Part shown: positions 62,663 to 64,000 of the stretch, piece by piece | Position numbering within the stretch: the first letter of the stretch is position 1 | How the letters are laid out: every line of letters starts with the position of its first letter | Source: a virus | Taxonomy: Duplodnaviria; Caudoviricetes | Virus record (IMG/VR): IMGVR_UViG_3300031760_003956 | Location: 1 to 64,000 of that record | Length of the DNA: 64,000 nt | Reading direction: 5' to 3' (one strand) | The notes under the pieces: generated by a model | Database searches by the model: none | What the model saw: the letters and a program-made list of their open reading frames with translations, nothing else | Told to the model about the DNA's origin: nothing | Program-made: the position numbers and the translations under genes

Positions 62663-63994
62663 ATGAAGGGCAGAAAGATACATTTGTTAAATCATATAAC
62701 AAATAAACCAAAAAATAAGAAGTTGAATGATGAAGATAATAATGCTGCCAACAGCAGTCTTCACAAGACATATAGTTTTAAAAAAGTTTTTACAATGAAA
62801 CATTTATTAAAGTCTGCTAAATTATGCAAGAAAAATGTTGGTTGGAAATCAAGTGTTCAAAACTTTATGAGGACTGTTTTTTATAATTGTATAATAATTT
62901 TATACGAGTTAAGAAAAGGAACATTTGAGTTCAAAGAAACAAATGAATTTGATATTTTTGAAAGAGGTAAAAAACGACATATTAAAAGTATAAAGATTCG
63001 TGACAGAGTAGTTCAAAAGGTACTCTGTCAATTTTTATTATTACCTTTATTTCGTAATTCATTTATATATGATAATTGTGCGTCACTTAAAGATAAAGGT
63101 ATATCTTTTACTTTTAATAGAGTTACCGCTATGTTACAAAAATATTATCGTAAACACGGAAATAAAGGATATGTTCTTAGATATGATTTTTCTGATTACT
63201 TCGGAAGTATCGACCATCAAATTGCATTAAAGATGATGGCGAAGAAAGTTGAGGATAAGAAATTATTAAAACTAATTGGTGACGCTATGGCTGTGTATGC
63301 TGATGGTGATAAATGTGTAGGTATTGGTTTGGGTAGTGAGTTATCTCAATTTGTTGCTTTATTATATGCAAATCCTATAGACCATATGATAAAAGATAAA
63401 TATAAAGTCAAATTTTATATTCGTTATATGGACGATGGATTGATAATTTGTGAAGATAAACAGTTTCTTCACGATTTATTAAAGGAGATTGAAAAGATGT
63501 GTGATGAACTACATCTTAAATTAAATAAAAAGAAAACAAATATCTGTAAATTAGATAAAGGATTTAACTTTTTAAAGAAAAGGATTATCTTGACTGACAC
63601 AGGACGTATTATTATGAAAATATCAAGAGATAGTGTAACTCGTATGAGAAGAAAACTTAAAAAATTTAAAATAAAGGTAAAAAACGGAGAAATGTCAATA
63701 AAAGACGTTGAAAATGCTTATGTTTCTTGGCGTGGGTTTGTAAAACAATTCAATTCATATTTTACTGTTAAGAATATGGATAACATCTATAAGGAATTAT
63801 ATAATTACATACCTAAAAGTAAAAAACAAATTGCAAAAGAACATAAAATAGCAACAGAAAAAGAGAAAGAAATAATGTATAGTTTGGCAGAAGATTTCTT
63901 TACAAGTATTGACGAAAATCCGTATGTAACATATCGAGAGCAATATTACTCTCAAAAAGAAACAAATGGAGGTAATGTAGATGAATTTCTATAA
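62663..63994 (+). CDS. DGR reverse transcriptase
   Basis: RDRVVQ, DFSDYFGSIDH, GIGLGSELSQ (DGR-type GxxxSQ) and YIRYMDD motifs. Confidence 0.95.
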   Translation: MKGRKIHLLNHITNKPKNKKLNDEDNNAANSSLHKTYSFKKVFTMKHLLKSAKLCKKNVGWKSSVQNFMRTVFYNCIIILYELRKGTFEFKETNEFDIFERGKKRHIKSIKIRDRVVQKVLCQFLLLPLFRNSFIYDNCASLKDKGISFTFNRVTAMLQKYYRKHGNKGYVLRYDFSDYFGSIDHQIALKMMAKKVEDKKLLKLIGDAMAVYADGDKCVGIGLGSELSQFVALLYANPIDHMIKDKYKVKFYIRYMDDGLIICEDKQFLHDLLKEIEKMCDELHLKLNKKKTNICKLDKGFNFLKKRIILTDTGRIIMKISRDSVTRMRRKLKKFKIKVKNGEMSIKDVENAYVSWRGFVKQFNSYFTVKNMDNIYKELYNYIPKSKKQIAKEHKIATEKEKEIMYSLAEDFFTSIDENPYVTYREQYYSQKETNGGNVDEFL

Positions 63995-64000
63995 GATAAC

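Larger units (their letters stand above)
53709..63994 (+). mobile_element. complete diversity-generating retroelement cassette
   Basis: Order is target/VR - hairpin - avd - TR - RT. Confidence 0.93.

Noticed and set aside
62663-63994. Group II intron or retron RT
   Set aside because: The GxxxSQ motif, the adjacent TR/VR pair with A-specific mismatches and the avd-like gene identify it as a DGR RT.

Overview
This window is part of a large, AT-rich phage or prophage genome with SPbeta-like gene order, probably from a Firmicutes (Clostridia-type) host. It has four parts. (1) 1-6.3 kb: a leftward arm of small, mostly acidic hypothetical genes. (2) 6.3-11 kb: a divergent control region with an RHH regulator, tandem NrdR-box-like sites, about 2.8 kb of strongly strand-skewed non-coding DNA and a Rep-like wHTH gene. 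(3) 11-53 kb: a rightward block with a YonO-type single-subunit RNA polymerase, HU, tRNA-Gln, a phosphoesterase, terminase, portal, protease/scaffold, capsid, neck and tail genes, a RecU-like nuclease, a tyrosine recombinase, tape measure, Dit, a large tail protein and holin-like genes. (4) 53.7-64 kb: a complete diversity-generating retroelement (2515-aa target with VR, hairpin, avd, TR, RT). The fragmented ORFs are explained by seven group I introns: one splits the RNAP catalytic DxDGD motif, one splits the terminase Walker A motif, and five lie in the tape-measure gene (spliced product 3360 aa). The most unusual element is tape-measure intron 5 (37395-39391). It appears to be a 2-kb group I ribozyme whose two ends are joined by long-range pairings around three passenger genes that are not homing endonucleases; two of them are antisense and have their own sigma-A-type promoter. 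All splice sites and family assignments were made by eye, without database searches.
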